Below are positions 19,693-29,303 of a stretch of 64,000 nucleotides of DNA, piece after piece. Both the position numbers and the translations under genes were made by a program. The stretch is from a virus. Taxonomy: Duplodnaviria > Heunggongvirae > Uroviricota > Caudoviricetes. Each line of letters starts with the position of its first letter. Positions within the stretch are counted from its first letter, which is position 1. The notes below the pieces were generated by a model. That model saw only the letters and a program-made list of their open reading frames with translations, was not told the DNA's origin and did no database searches. The stretch spans positions 14,062 through 78,061 of the IMG/VR virus record IMGVR_UViG_3300046786_000272; one strand, written 5' to 3'.

Positions 19693-19871
19693 ACTCATTA
19701 ACAAGAGCATTAGGTGGCTGGTTATTTCATCTATATAGATGTGACGTATGTAAGAAAAGCATGAACATACATGAGGGGTTAGTATTGAATCCTAAAGACA
19801 ATACTAGAGTTATACACAAAGAATGTAGGGGCAAAAATGAAACAAGTAGTAATCACAAGAAATCAGTTTGA
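19689..19871 (+). CDS. hypothetical protein (60 aa) with CxxC..C
   Basis: ATGA overlap with queE stop. Confidence 0.4.
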   Translation: MNSLTRALGGWLFHLYRCDVCKKSMNIHEGLVLNPKDNTRVIHKECRGKNETSSNHKKSV

Positions 19872-20025
19872 GAAACTAAAAGAAGTATTTGAAATGTACG
19901 ACCTTGATAGAGTAATCTTAACCGAAGACGCTAGTAAGGGTGCTGGTATAGGAGCAACTACAACTATTGAGTTTGACCCTAAGCAGTCTATCAAGATGGA
20001 CATTACAGACGTAGAGAGTTGGTAA
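19837..20025 (+). CDS. hypothetical protein (62 aa)
   Basis: ORF; overlaps the previous one by 35 nt. Confidence 0.4.
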   Translation: MKQVVITRNQFEKLKEVFEMYDLDRVILTEDASKGAGIGATTTIEFDPKQSIKMDITDVESW

Positions 20026-20268
20026 ATGTTATACACTGATAGTGATGTAATGGGTGCTCCGAGAGAAGAAGACTGGGGCCTTAATAAGGTACAGAACTGG
20101 GAATACAAACTGTGTTGGAGACCGCAGACCTGTTTTTTAACAGGAAAGCAATTATGGGCTAAACGAGCGTATCACGGTGTGCGAATTATTAGCGGTCCTG
20201 GTGAACCTGTATACGAAGATTACTGGGTATGCAGAAATGAATTTTTAATTTGGAGATTAACAAAATAA
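20026..20268 (+). CDS. hypothetical protein (80 aa)
   Basis: TGGTAAATG junction. Confidence 0.45.
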   Translation: MLYTDSDVMGAPREEDWGLNKVQNWEYKLCWRPQTCFLTGKQLWAKRAYHGVRIISGPGEPVYEDYWVCRNEFLIWRLTK

Positions 20269-20471
20269 TGGAAACTAAAAAAAGAACTGTAGTTAGAATG
20301 ATAACATATAGACTTACTGCATGGGTATTTACAATTTTTTGGACATACTTGTTTACCGGTAACTTAGGTAATTCAGCGGGCTTTGCGACTGCATTGCATA
20401 TATTGTTAAGTGTTGACTATTACATTCACGAACGTATCTGGCTCAAGATTAAATGGGGAAAGATAGAGTGA
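20250..20471 (+). CDS. hypothetical small membrane protein
   Basis: Two hydrophobic segments (LTAWVFTIFWTYLFTG..; FATALHILLSV). Confidence 0.45.
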   Translation: MEINKIMETKKRTVVRMITYRLTAWVFTIFWTYLFTGNLGNSAGFATALHILLSVDYYIHERIWLKIKWGKIE

Positions 20472-21796
20472 GAACATACGACAAGCGTATTGGATTCTTA
20501 GTAAGTTATCAGACTCTTATACCGCATGGTGGTATAGGTCAATTTACCAAGAGCTTCTGCGAACTGATGGATCAACACAATATTAAGGTTGATATCATTA
20601 CGGATAAAGAACCACAGGATAGTGACTTTGTAAAATCACTTAAAGCTAATGTTATAGCCCCTCTGGAATCATTACGTTACACAGACCATAGTAATATCTT
20701 TATGTATGGTGATACATTCTGCTATGAACGTATGGCTAACTTCCGTAATGCAATTGTTGAAGCATTAGAACATAATATATATGATGCATTTATCTGCAAC
20801 ACATACGAAACTGTTCAGGTTGCTAGTACAATGGGTCTAGAAGATTGTATTCAGATTATTGCTTATACTCATTTGGAAAGTCAGATATTTAAAGACACGA
20901 AGAACCCCTTCTTATTCAACACCAATGTAATGATGCGTCAGCAATTAAGCACGACAAATATTGATGTAGGCACACAAAGTAAATTCAATCAACTTAACTT
21001 AGACGAATCTTCTTATCATCTCCCTATCCCGATCACAGAGCGAGACTTACTAACTGAGTACAACGGTGACCGTGAAGGCATACTGTTTGTAGGTCGTTGG
21101 GAAGAAGGTAAAAATCCTGAGTTGTTTATTGAGTTGATTGAACAGACTAAATTACCTGCAAAGGTGATGACTAGCCCTAATGGTGTTAAGAAGTTTGAAG
21201 ATAGACTGTCTAAGCTAGGTGTCAAATATGATGTTCGTGCTAGTATCACTGGACAAGAGAAAGTAGACTTTATTAAGTCTAGTAGAATCGCATTCAACCC
21301 TAGTGTAGTTGAAAGTTATGGTATGGCATTCTATGAACAACATATTCAGTTGCCTACACTTGTACTAGAAAAACAGCGATGGACTAATAACTTCAATAGT
21401 GATTTCTTTTATACATGTACTAAGAAAGACATGGCTGAGAGAGCTAAACAATTGTATGATAGTTTTGAAAAAGCAGAAACATACTATAACTTGGGAGCAC
21501 TAAAGCATTTCAATACCATGGAGAATCATGTATTTCACAAATGGAATGATTGCTTTCATGCATTTGAGCCTAGAACTTCTAATAGTAACACTGCTAAAAT
21601 TTGTAATGAAACTACAGTAAAATTGCAAGATTACATCACTGCTTTAGGTCGTAAGATTATTTGTATTGACGATATTCGTAGTGTTTTGACAAATAAACAT
21701 AAGTTCAGAATTATCTACACAGATGAAGATACATACTTGACAAAAGATCCGTCATTTGAACCAAACGAACAAGAAGAAAGTTTATTCTCATGGTAA
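20453..21796 (+). CDS. Glycosyltransferase, GT4-like (GT-B fold)
   Basis: GILFVGRWEEGKN and ESYGMAFYEQ (E-x7-E motif). Confidence 0.55.
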   Translation: MGKDRVRTYDKRIGFLVSYQTLIPHGGIGQFTKSFCELMDQHNIKVDIITDKEPQDSDFVKSLKANVIAPLESLRYTDHSNIFMYGDTFCYERMANFRNAIVEALEHNIYDAFICNTYETVQVASTMGLEDCIQIIAYTHLESQIFKDTKNPFLFNTNVMMRQQLSTTNIDVGTQSKFNQLNLDESSYHLPIPITERDLLTEYNGDREGILFVGRWEEGKNPELFIELIEQTKLPAKVMTSPNGVKKFEDRLSKLGVKYDVRASITGQEKVDFIKSSRIAFNPSVVESYGMAFYEQHIQLPTLVLEKQRWTNNFNSDFFYTCTKKDMAERAKQLYDSFEKAETYYNLGALKHFNTMENHVFHKWNDCFHAFEPRTSNSNTAKICNETTVKLQDYITALGRKIICIDDIRSVLTNKHKFRIIYTDEDTYLTKDPSFEPNEQEESLFSW

Positions 21797-22632
21797 AAAA
21801 AGTTTTAATTACAGGTAGCTCAGGCTACATCGGTAGTCATCTTGCTAAGATGCTAATGGATAAAACATTAGAGTATGAAGTACATGGGCTGGATGTTAAT
21901 GAACCCCAACAAACAATGCATAGATTTTATCGTCAAGATATCAATAGATTGTTTACGATTGACGAAGAATTTGATGCAGTCATACATTTAGCCGCATTAG
22001 TTCGTGTAGGTGAAAGTGAGCAAATACCTATCAAGTACTATATCACTAACTTGAATGGCACGATGAATGTAGTTAACAAGATAAAGACAAAGAACTTTAT
22101 CTTTGCAAGTACAGGTGCCGCACAAGATTGCTCTAGTGCATATGGCATCAGCAAACGTGCGGCAGAAGATGTAGTCAGCGAGTTCTGCACACACCATAGA
22201 CCTACACCATATACTATCTTTCGTTTTTATAACGTAATCGGCAGTGATGGTTTTGATCCTACTAATCCAGATGGACTGATGTGGAACTTAATGAAAGCAC
22301 AAGAGACAGGGAAATTTACTATTTTTGGTAACGACTATGATGTATCTCCTGACGGAACTTGTGTGCGTGATTATGTGCATGTGAATGAAATATGTGACTC
22401 ATTAATACAAGCAATTGAAAAACCTAGCAATAGTGTAGAATGTTTAGGACACGGTGTTGGGTACACAGTTAGCGAGATTGTCAATTTATTTCAGAAAGTC
22501 AATGACGTTGACTTTGATGTAGTATACGGCCCAAGAAGAAAGGGTGACTTATCTAGCTCAGTGCTAGAAGATGTGTCACCCTATATGAAGAACATGTATA
22601 CTATGGAAGAATTACTCAGACTTCCCGTATAA
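21790..22632 (+). CDS. NAD-dependent epimerase/dehydratase (SDR family)
   Basis: VLITGSSGYIGSHL Rossmann motif; YGISK (YxxxK) catalytic dyad. Confidence 0.8.
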   Translation: MVKKVLITGSSGYIGSHLAKMLMDKTLEYEVHGLDVNEPQQTMHRFYRQDINRLFTIDEEFDAVIHLAALVRVGESEQIPIKYYITNLNGTMNVVNKIKTKNFIFASTGAAQDCSSAYGISKRAAEDVVSEFCTHHRPTPYTIFRFYNVIGSDGFDPTNPDGLMWNLMKAQETGKFTIFGNDYDVSPDGTCVRDYVHVNEICDSLIQAIEKPSNSVECLGHGVGYTVSEIVNLFQKVNDVDFDVVYGPRRKGDLSSSVLEDVSPYMKNMYTMEELLRLPV

Positions 22633-23421
22633 CTCAAATGCAGTGATAGATTCTTTATCACCGATCTTTTCTAATACGTAATTAAATCCTTGTGGATGTT
22701 TTGCAATGATATCTTTCTTTGCTTTACATCCACTAAGTATTTTTGACTTGAATATAGGAGCAGAACCATCGGTGCATCTTACTGATAACGCTAGTCTATT
22801 CGCATCACCATCTTGCGTCTTATGGATAATATCACCCCTCATTAAAAGCAAGTCGCCTGCACGTAATTCAGGACTTGTAGCAATATCGTCTAAGTCACCT
22901 CGTATCACATAAGTGATACCTTTATCATCATTGGTTACACGAGTATCTGAACCTAGCTTGTGATACGTTGATGCACCACCGCCTATTATTGCGTTAGCAT
23001 ATATCTTTAACTTGTCACGAACGGTATCTAACGATATTAAACTTATACCAGAAGTCAACGGATCATCTTTTTCTACTATGATATAGAAATTTAGATAATT
23101 GATATGTTGTTGCAAGATATAAAATGATTCATGATCTTGGTGCCACCCTGGTCTCATATATTGATTACTGAAATAAACAGCCTCTGGTGTAATCAAATCA
23201 ACATGTAAACTAGTCTGCTCATTGATAGCATCTAACACTTCATTGATTTTCTCTTGTAGTGATATCATTACCCCAGGTGATGCTAGGTGTGTTTTTTGAT
23301 TTTTATTATCACTTTCTTCACTGTTATGGTAATCTGATGCGATGAAACTAGCATCAGCATCAGATATCCAATTGGGGATTACTGCGAATCCTTTAGTATC
23401 AAAATCAGAAAAATCTAACAT
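22612..23421 (-). CDS. Phytanoyl-CoA dioxygenase (PhyH)-like Fe(II)/2-oxoglutarate oxygenase
   Basis: PGWHQDHESF (HxD facial-triad-like); 269 aa; convergent 21-nt tail overlap with the epimerase. Confidence 0.45.
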   Translation of the reverse strand: MLDFSDFDTKGFAVIPNWISDADASFIASDYHNSEESDNKNQKTHLASPGVMISLQEKINEVLDAINEQTSLHVDLITPEAVYFSNQYMRPGWHQDHESFYILQQHINYLNFYIIVEKDDPLTSGISLISLDTVRDKLKIYANAIIGGGASTYHKLGSDTRVTNDDKGITYVIRGDLDDIATSPELRAGDLLLMRGDIIHKTQDGDANRLALSVRCTDGSAPIFKSKILSGCKAKKDIIAKHPQGFNYVLEKIGDKESITAFELYGKSE

Positions 23422-23433
23422 ATTATTATTCCC

Positions 23434-23988
23434 TTAAAGGCTCTTACCCCAACGAGTATTAATTACATTCCAGTTAATAATCTTCCACTGTTCTTTTAAG
23501 TATTTCTTTTTGTCAGAACCGTAATCTAACATGAATGCATGTTCCCACCAATCTACTAATAGTAGAATGTCGTTGCGAACTTCATGGTTCTTTATTGTTT
23601 TAATCTTACCATCAGTTGCTAAGTATATCCAACCACTACCTTGAATCTTCATTGCTTCTTCTTCAAACAGCGACTTCATACTATCATATGAACCAAAATG
23701 TTTGTTGATAAAGCCCATCATAGGACCGTTTGGTTTGTTAGTGTTTCGTACTTCACGGAACTGAGGGAATAACATGTTATGCAAGAATGCGCCTGCATAG
23801 TTAAAGTCTCTGTCTCCCTCTTTCTTATTATATCTTTCAGCATAACCATGCGCCAACTTGCCGTAGTGTAAGTCCAATGTCTCTTTAGATAGTACAGGAC
23901 TTACTTCTTTTGGCTCAAAGTTAAGCTGAATGATTTCTATATCTTGAGGTTTACTCTTCTCCTCAAGTAGCTGAATTAAGTCACGCAT
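23434..23988 (-). CDS. Fe/Mn superoxide dismutase-like
   Basis: LDLHYGKLAHGYAERYN and LLLVDWWEHAFMLDYG resemble the SOD HHxKHH and DVWEHAYY motifs. Confidence 0.55.
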   Translation of the reverse strand: MRDLIQLLEEKSKPQDIEIIQLNFEPKEVSPVLSKETLDLHYGKLAHGYAERYNKKEGDRDFNYAGAFLHNMLFPQFREVRNTNKPNGPMMGFINKHFGSYDSMKSLFEEEAMKIQGSGWIYLATDGKIKTIKNHEVRNDILLLVDWWEHAFMLDYGSDKKKYLKEQWKIINWNVINTRWGKSL

Positions 23989-25619
23989 TAGTGTTTCAAA
24001 AGTAATGTGGATATAATATTAGGATCATTAGCACTGATATCACCTTCACCAGGGGCAACGATAACATTATACTTCATACCTGCAGGGATACTCTTACGCT
24101 TAGCCATGTATTCATCATAGTTAAGAATAGAGTTAGCACTGAGTCCATACTGTTTTGCTAGACGTTGTTTTAGTTCAGGTAACTTGTCAGGTTGTACTTG
24201 CCATTGGCCTTGTGACCCCTTAACTAAGTTTTTCTTTTCGTCCTTAACTAACAAATCTTGGAACAACTCATCAGGAACAATACGACTGTTCTTAGTTGTA
24301 TCTAAGTTAGCATCACTTGCTTTAACTTGTTTCTCTTGACTTGTATGAGCACCTTCACTCCAGTTGATAATGAAGTTGTCTGGCTTCTTAGCTAATGCGG
24401 CACCAGCCATTTTTGTGTAAGCATAGAATCTAACATTAGGATGCTTTGCAGCCATCTTCAATGCCATGTCTAAGTATTCTGGGCTAAAGAAGTCACCAGC
24501 ATCATGCCATCGAACAGTTACTTGCCAACCATTTGGAAACTTCTTATCACCCTTTTGTCCAGCAGCCTCTTCTTTACTAATCTCTGCGCTTAGTTGATTG
24601 AAGAAACCATCAGGATCATTCAACAAGTAAGTTAAAATACGACCATCACTTAACCAAGCGGCTTTGAACTGAACCTTGCCACCCTTCATAGCGAAACAAT
24701 CTACTTTACATGAACCAGCACCTGGACATGTGTTTACAATGATTAGGTTGTTTGTATCTTCATCTAATGCAATACCTGTCAATGCGGCAAAGCCTACGTT
24801 AAAGAACTGCTCGAACTCTCCGTTTGAATGCTTCATCTTTTCGTTTTGCTTTAGTAAAGACTTTGGTCGCTGTGCTAATGCTTGTTTAATTTTATCTTCA
24901 TCGTATGTTTTTCCATCTGGACCAACATATTCAATTACACTACTACGATGGATATAAGGCATCTTGTATCTGTCACTCTTAGTCTTACCAGACACATACT
25001 TCTCATTGCCCTTTTTATCTACCTTAACATTACCTGCTTTGTCAACATCAGGAGTACCAATAATACGTTTCATGTAGTCTTGGAATTCATCACCACCAAA
25101 ATCACGTGCTTGTGCTGGTAGTTTAGTTGCTTCATCTAAGCCAGATAGCTTACGAATTCTTGCTAAGTGTTCTTCACTTTCGTTGGCTGCATCTTTAAAA
25201 TTCTGTGCTGTAGGTGCGCCCTTGCTTCCAGGCTTACGCATCTTTTCACCAGACCCGTGCTTAATACGGTTTTGTTTAGCGTGTATGTTTGCCCATAAGC
25301 CTTTACCCTCGTCAACTTCTAAGTCACCTGTCATATCATCAAGGTCATTATCGTGAGGTCCAGTGTGTTTGGCATGTATCTTACCCCACTTTTTAGCATA
25401 AGCAGGATCAGTATCCATACGATCACCGTGTGCCAACAACTTTTCAAAAGAACCTTTTAAATTATCTAGTGCTGGCCCTACATCTACTTGTTCTTCATCC
25501 TCGTCAACTTTTTCATCACCAGCTTTAGCAACGAATTGTTGAGGAGTCATAATTTGAATGCCACCGGGTGCACCGGGCATCTTTGGCTCTGTGCCTTCCA
25601 TTAATTCTTTAAAGTTCAT
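23988..25619 (-). CDS. hypothetical protein (543 aa)
   Basis: Long ORF; internal repeated K.HAK.. motifs (KIHAKHTGP, ANIHAKQNRIKHG); Cys cluster NTCPGAGSCKVDCFA; RWHDAGDFF...FYAYTK. Confidence 0.55.
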   Translation of the reverse strand: MNFKELMEGTEPKMPGAPGGIQIMTPQQFVAKAGDEKVDEDEEQVDVGPALDNLKGSFEKLLAHGDRMDTDPAYAKKWGKIHAKHTGPHDNDLDDMTGDLEVDEGKGLWANIHAKQNRIKHGSGEKMRKPGSKGAPTAQNFKDAANESEEHLARIRKLSGLDEATKLPAQARDFGGDEFQDYMKRIIGTPDVDKAGNVKVDKKGNEKYVSGKTKSDRYKMPYIHRSSVIEYVGPDGKTYDEDKIKQALAQRPKSLLKQNEKMKHSNGEFEQFFNVGFAALTGIALDEDTNNLIIVNTCPGAGSCKVDCFAMKGGKVQFKAAWLSDGRILTYLLNDPDGFFNQLSAEISKEEAAGQKGDKKFPNGWQVTVRWHDAGDFFSPEYLDMALKMAAKHPNVRFYAYTKMAGAALAKKPDNFIINWSEGAHTSQEKQVKASDANLDTTKNSRIVPDELFQDLLVKDEKKNLVKGSQGQWQVQPDKLPELKQRLAKQYGLSANSILNYDEYMAKRKSIPAGMKYNVIVAPGEGDISANDPNIISTLLLKH

Positions 25620-26041
25620 TTCTTAAGGTTCCTAATTTTTTGTTCTGCCAACATTACTAATTGTTCAAGTTGTTCTACACTTTCGCAGTTCCAACGGCGT
25701 AGTGCCTTGTTGATTGGGCTATCTGGATCTCGTTTAGTCTTAGCACTTGCGTGTGCTTTCTTCATACCACTCATACGAGCGCAGAATGATTTACGGCGTT
25801 TAGCACTCTTAGAACCCTTCTTTAGTTTTGAAGGCTTTGTAGTTACAGCAGTCTTTAGTTTACTGCCCGGATTCTCTCTACGATATGCTTTAACTGCTTT
25901 ACTGCTCATGCCGTCAGTTTTGTCCTTTTTGTTGACCTTTTGCCAGTCTTCATCCAGTCCTTGCTCTTTCTTTTTAGCAATGGCAATAGCGGCTTGCTGT
26001 GCTGGGTTAGCGGCTTCAGCTAAAATTTCTGTTATTCTCAT
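25616..26041 (-). CDS. hypothetical basic protein (141 aa)
   Basis: ATGA-type overlap with the downstream gene; K/R-rich; shares KKAHASAK flavour with the neighbour. Confidence 0.5.
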   Translation of the reverse strand: MRITEILAEAANPAQQAAIAIAKKKEQGLDEDWQKVNKKDKTDGMSSKAVKAYRRENPGSKLKTAVTTKPSKLKKGSKSAKRRKSFCARMSGMKKAHASAKTKRDPDSPINKALRRWNCESVEQLEQLVMLAEQKIRNLKK

Positions 26042-26059
26042 AGTATTATCCGTAAATAG

Positions 26060-26088
26060 TTGACTTTATTGCGTAGGTATGCTACACT
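26060..26088 (+). promoter_or_regulatory. sigma70-like promoter TTGACT-17-TACACT
   Basis: TTGACT 26060-65, TACACT 26083-88, upstream of the uvdE-like gene. Confidence 0.45.
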
Positions 26089-26117
26089 ATATCTATTATT
26101 TATCACTTTGGTCTACT

Positions 26118-27140
26118 ATGCACTCTTTTGACATTACTACTAAACGTATCGGTTTTGCTTGCAAATTCGCTGAAATTAACAAAAAAGGCGAGATTGCTTC
26201 CGTCGAAGGTCTCAACACAGGAGGCACTACAATGGCATGGGCAAAGCGTAACAAGCGTGACGTTGTAGAACAAAAAATCATTGATGTAGCAAAAAGTAAC
26301 ATTCTTGCTACACATGCACTTGTCAAAAAAGTTGCAACACTAGAACCCGAACTGCGTATGGTTCGTATCACAAGTGACATGTTCAGTTTCTACACACATG
26401 ATGACTACAAAGACTTCTGGCAATCAAATGATGTTCAATCTAATCTAGCACGTTGGATGGCACCGATCGGTGAAACAGCACGACAAAACAATGTTCGTCT
26501 TTCGTTTCACCCTGACCAATTTGTAGTTTTAGCAAGCGACCGTGAAGAGGTAGTAAATAAGAGTATCGAAGAATTTGAATATCATGTTGACATGGCAAAA
26601 TTTATGGGCTTTGGTAAACAGTTTCAAGATATCAAAATCAACGTACACATTTCTGGTCGCAAGGGTCCTCAGGGTATCAGAGATGTATTTGGTCGACTAT
26701 CACCTGAGGCACGTAACACACTAACACTCGAAAATGAGGAATACACACATGGACTATCTGACTGCTTATCATTATCTGACCTCGTCCCTACGGTCTTGGA
26801 CATTCACCATAATTGGATTCGTGAGGGAACCTATATTGACTGTAATAGTGACCTTGCTAAAAAGGTTATTGATAGTTGGCGCGGCATTCGCCCTACTATC
26901 CATTACAGCGTATCTAGGGAAGATGTACTTGTTGGCCATTCCGGATCACAGCTACCCGATCATGGTGCGTTGATTGCTGAAGGATACAACAAACAAAAGT
27001 TGCGGGCACACAGTGACTACTTCTGGAATGATGCAGTTAACGATTGGGCATTGACATTTCGTGATAACTTTGATATCATGTGTGAGGCTAAGGGTAAGAA
27101 CTTAGCAAGCTTCAAACTACTTGAACATGCCAAACGATAA
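26118..27140 (+). CDS. uvdE: UV damage endonuclease (UvdE/UVDE family)
   Basis: RLSFHPDQFVVL, KINVHISG, TLTLENEE, DIHHNWI match the UvdE signature blocks (RLSMHPGQF / KINIHVGG / RLTLENDD / DYHHHW). ATG 26118 chosen because the ATG at 26079 lies inside the promoter. Confidence 0.75.
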   Translation: MHSFDITTKRIGFACKFAEINKKGEIASVEGLNTGGTTMAWAKRNKRDVVEQKIIDVAKSNILATHALVKKVATLEPELRMVRITSDMFSFYTHDDYKDFWQSNDVQSNLARWMAPIGETARQNNVRLSFHPDQFVVLASDREEVVNKSIEEFEYHVDMAKFMGFGKQFQDIKINVHISGRKGPQGIRDVFGRLSPEARNTLTLENEEYTHGLSDCLSLSDLVPTVLDIHHNWIREGTYIDCNSDLAKKVIDSWRGIRPTIHYSVSREDVLVGHSGSQLPDHGALIAEGYNKQKLRAHSDYFWNDAVNDWALTFRDNFDIMCEAKGKNLASFKLLEHAKR

Positions 27141-27600
27141 TAATTCTGCTAACGGTGTGCATAGCTATGATAGCACTAGCACTGGAAACTTAATTCACTT
27201 CTTTAACAGGAATGTGAGTGAGTATCCTACCGAAGCAGGGGGACCAAAGTTTGATTTGATTCCTGTTACTAAGCAAAAAGATATTATGATTAATCATGCT
27301 AGGTTGTATGCCCAGCAGGAATATGATCGTATTATGGAGCTTGTTAATGTATTGCAAAAACAAGCACTAGATATTAAACGTAGATTAGACGTAACAGACG
27401 CAGTACATGCGGCTGAATATCAATTTCAAATAGTAATGGGTAACTGTTACTGGATAGTATGGGATAAAAGAAAAGAGAAGACGTTGCTAGTACTCAATGG
27501 GCCTAATGATTGGTCGACTGGTATACCGGAATCTTATGAGTATGTCACACAAGTTAAATACATGGGAGATCATACATGGATGGAAATAAAAGAGGACTAA
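27121..27600 (+). CDS. hypothetical protein (159 aa)
   Basis: ORF. Confidence 0.5.
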   Translation: MNMPNDNNSANGVHSYDSTSTGNLIHFFNRNVSEYPTEAGGPKFDLIPVTKQKDIMINHARLYAQQEYDRIMELVNVLQKQALDIKRRLDVTDAVHAAEYQFQIVMGNCYWIVWDKRKEKTLLVLNGPNDWSTGIPESYEYVTQVKYMGDHTWMEIKED

Positions 27601-27601
27601 T

Positions 27602-28030
27602 ATGGGATTATTTGATAAACTATTTGGCAAGAAGCCAGAACCAATAAAGGTTGAAGAACCTAAAAAAGAACGTAAGCCACGCAAACCTAAGGAAAAGAAG
27701 GTTGAACCTACACTTTCAGCTAAAGAAAAAGCTACTGCTGCCGGCGAACCCTACGTATCTATTCTAACTGTTGACATTGACCCTACTAATATCAACAACG
27801 GTGCGTTTGAACTAGATTGGAATGACAAGTTTATTCTAAATCTTATTCGTGCAGGATATAAACAAAAAGATAGTGACACTGACCAAGTTATGGTAGATCG
27901 TTGGTTTCAGTCAGTGTGTCGTAACATCGCACTAGAAATCTATGAACAACAGCAAGCAGATCCTGACAATAGAGATATGCGAGTTGTCAGAACTAAAGAC
28001 TTAGGTGATGGCAGGAGCGAAGTGAGTTGA
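27602..28030 (+). CDS. hypothetical protein with Lys-rich N-terminus
   Basis: ORF; TAATATG junction. Confidence 0.5.
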   Translation: MGLFDKLFGKKPEPIKVEEPKKERKPRKPKEKKVEPTLSAKEKATAAGEPYVSILTVDIDPTNINNGAFELDWNDKFILNLIRAGYKQKDSDTDQVMVDRWFQSVCRNIALEIYEQQQADPDNRDMRVVRTKDLGDGRSEVS

Positions 28031-29220
28031 ACTTACCAAAGATAAATGAGTACATACCCAATGACTTGTTTACATCTTTAGGTAATGATATGATAATTGT
28101 AGATACATCTGATTTTGTACCTACAACGCAAGAACATGTAATAGCAATAGCACACTATATTCATTCTATTTGTGACGCAAAAGAGGAATATAAAATATGC
28201 TTTGATATCACTAGTGAAGGCATAACGTATCACCAGATTAACGAAGTTAATAAAGTCATTGTAGAATTGATTAAGATTAATCATGTACACTACCATTATC
28301 GTAATTTCTTCTTAGCATTAGGTTGTGCTCCGGATCCAATCAATCTCAGTTATTACAGACAACATTGTGCTAGATTTGGGTGGATAGAAATAAACTGTCT
28401 ATTCAAGAATTCACTTGAGTGTACTTCTGCTAATAATTACATCAGACAAAACAAAAATTCAGGCACGATAAACAATACTCCTAGAGTTAAAGGTAAAAAG
28501 TTTGTTTCATTAAATCGCCATCCTAAATGGGATAGGCTACATATTGTTGCTCAATTAATAAAACGAAACTTATTAGACAAAGGTTACTGTTCGTGTTATC
28601 TTAATAGTGATGTGGCAAATAATCATAACAACATAGCACTAACCGGGCTACATCATTATCTACCCAACACACATCTAGAAACTAAAAAAATCATTGAAGA
28701 TAATTATAAGCTGTTTCCTATTAATTTAGACTTACAGAATCTAAGTAGTGACGATGTTATATCTAGTATGAATCGTGTAGATGGAACTTGGTATTATGAG
28801 GACAGCTATTTTGGTATAGTAACTGAAAGTAAATTCTTTCATGATAAAGATCCTAACAATGCATACCTTTCAAAGCCCTCACTCAGTGGTGTGTCATTAG
28901 ACTGTTACATGTTTACTGAAAAAACGTACAAGTTCATTGCGACCAAACTACCGTTCATTCTTTCAGGATTTACCGGGGCACTAGAAGTATTAAAACGTGC
29001 GGGATACAAAACGTTCCACCCATATATCAACGAAAGCTATGACAGTATAGAAAACGATGAAGAACGACTAATGGCAATTTGTGATGAAATCGAAAGATTG
29101 TGTTCTAAAACAGACGATGAGTTTCTAGAATGGCAAACTGCATTACAACCCATAATAGACCATAATTTCAATTTACTAAAAGAACAACGGAACATACACT
29201 TTATATACAGAATCAACTAA
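28027..29220 (+). CDS. hypothetical protein (397 aa), AT-rich gene
   Basis: ATGA overlap; markedly AT-rich codon usage. Confidence 0.5.
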   Translation: MNLPKINEYIPNDLFTSLGNDMIIVDTSDFVPTTQEHVIAIAHYIHSICDAKEEYKICFDITSEGITYHQINEVNKVIVELIKINHVHYHYRNFFLALGCAPDPINLSYYRQHCARFGWIEINCLFKNSLECTSANNYIRQNKNSGTINNTPRVKGKKFVSLNRHPKWDRLHIVAQLIKRNLLDKGYCSCYLNSDVANNHNNIALTGLHHYLPNTHLETKKIIEDNYKLFPINLDLQNLSSDDVISSMNRVDGTWYYEDSYFGIVTESKFFHDKDPNNAYLSKPSLSGVSLDCYMFTEKTYKFIATKLPFILSGFTGALEVLKRAGYKTFHPYINESYDSIENDEERLMAICDEIERLCSKTDDEFLEWQTALQPIIDHNFNLLKEQRNIHFIYRIN

Positions 29221-29303
29221 TTTGGGCAACATCTTGCCCAAAACTGCTTGTCTTAAATTACGAACTGTGATAATATACGCATATTATTACTCAGAATCAT
29301 ATC

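Noticed and set aside
19240-19710. Minus-strand 156-aa ORF inside queE
   Set aside because: It is fully contained in a motif-supported plus-strand gene. The genome is almost entirely plus-strand.
26079-26117. Upstream ATG giving the longer UvdE ORF (26079 start)
   Set aside because: That ATG lies inside the TTGACT-17-TACACT promoter at 26060..26088. The Met at 26118 is downstream of the predicted transcription start.
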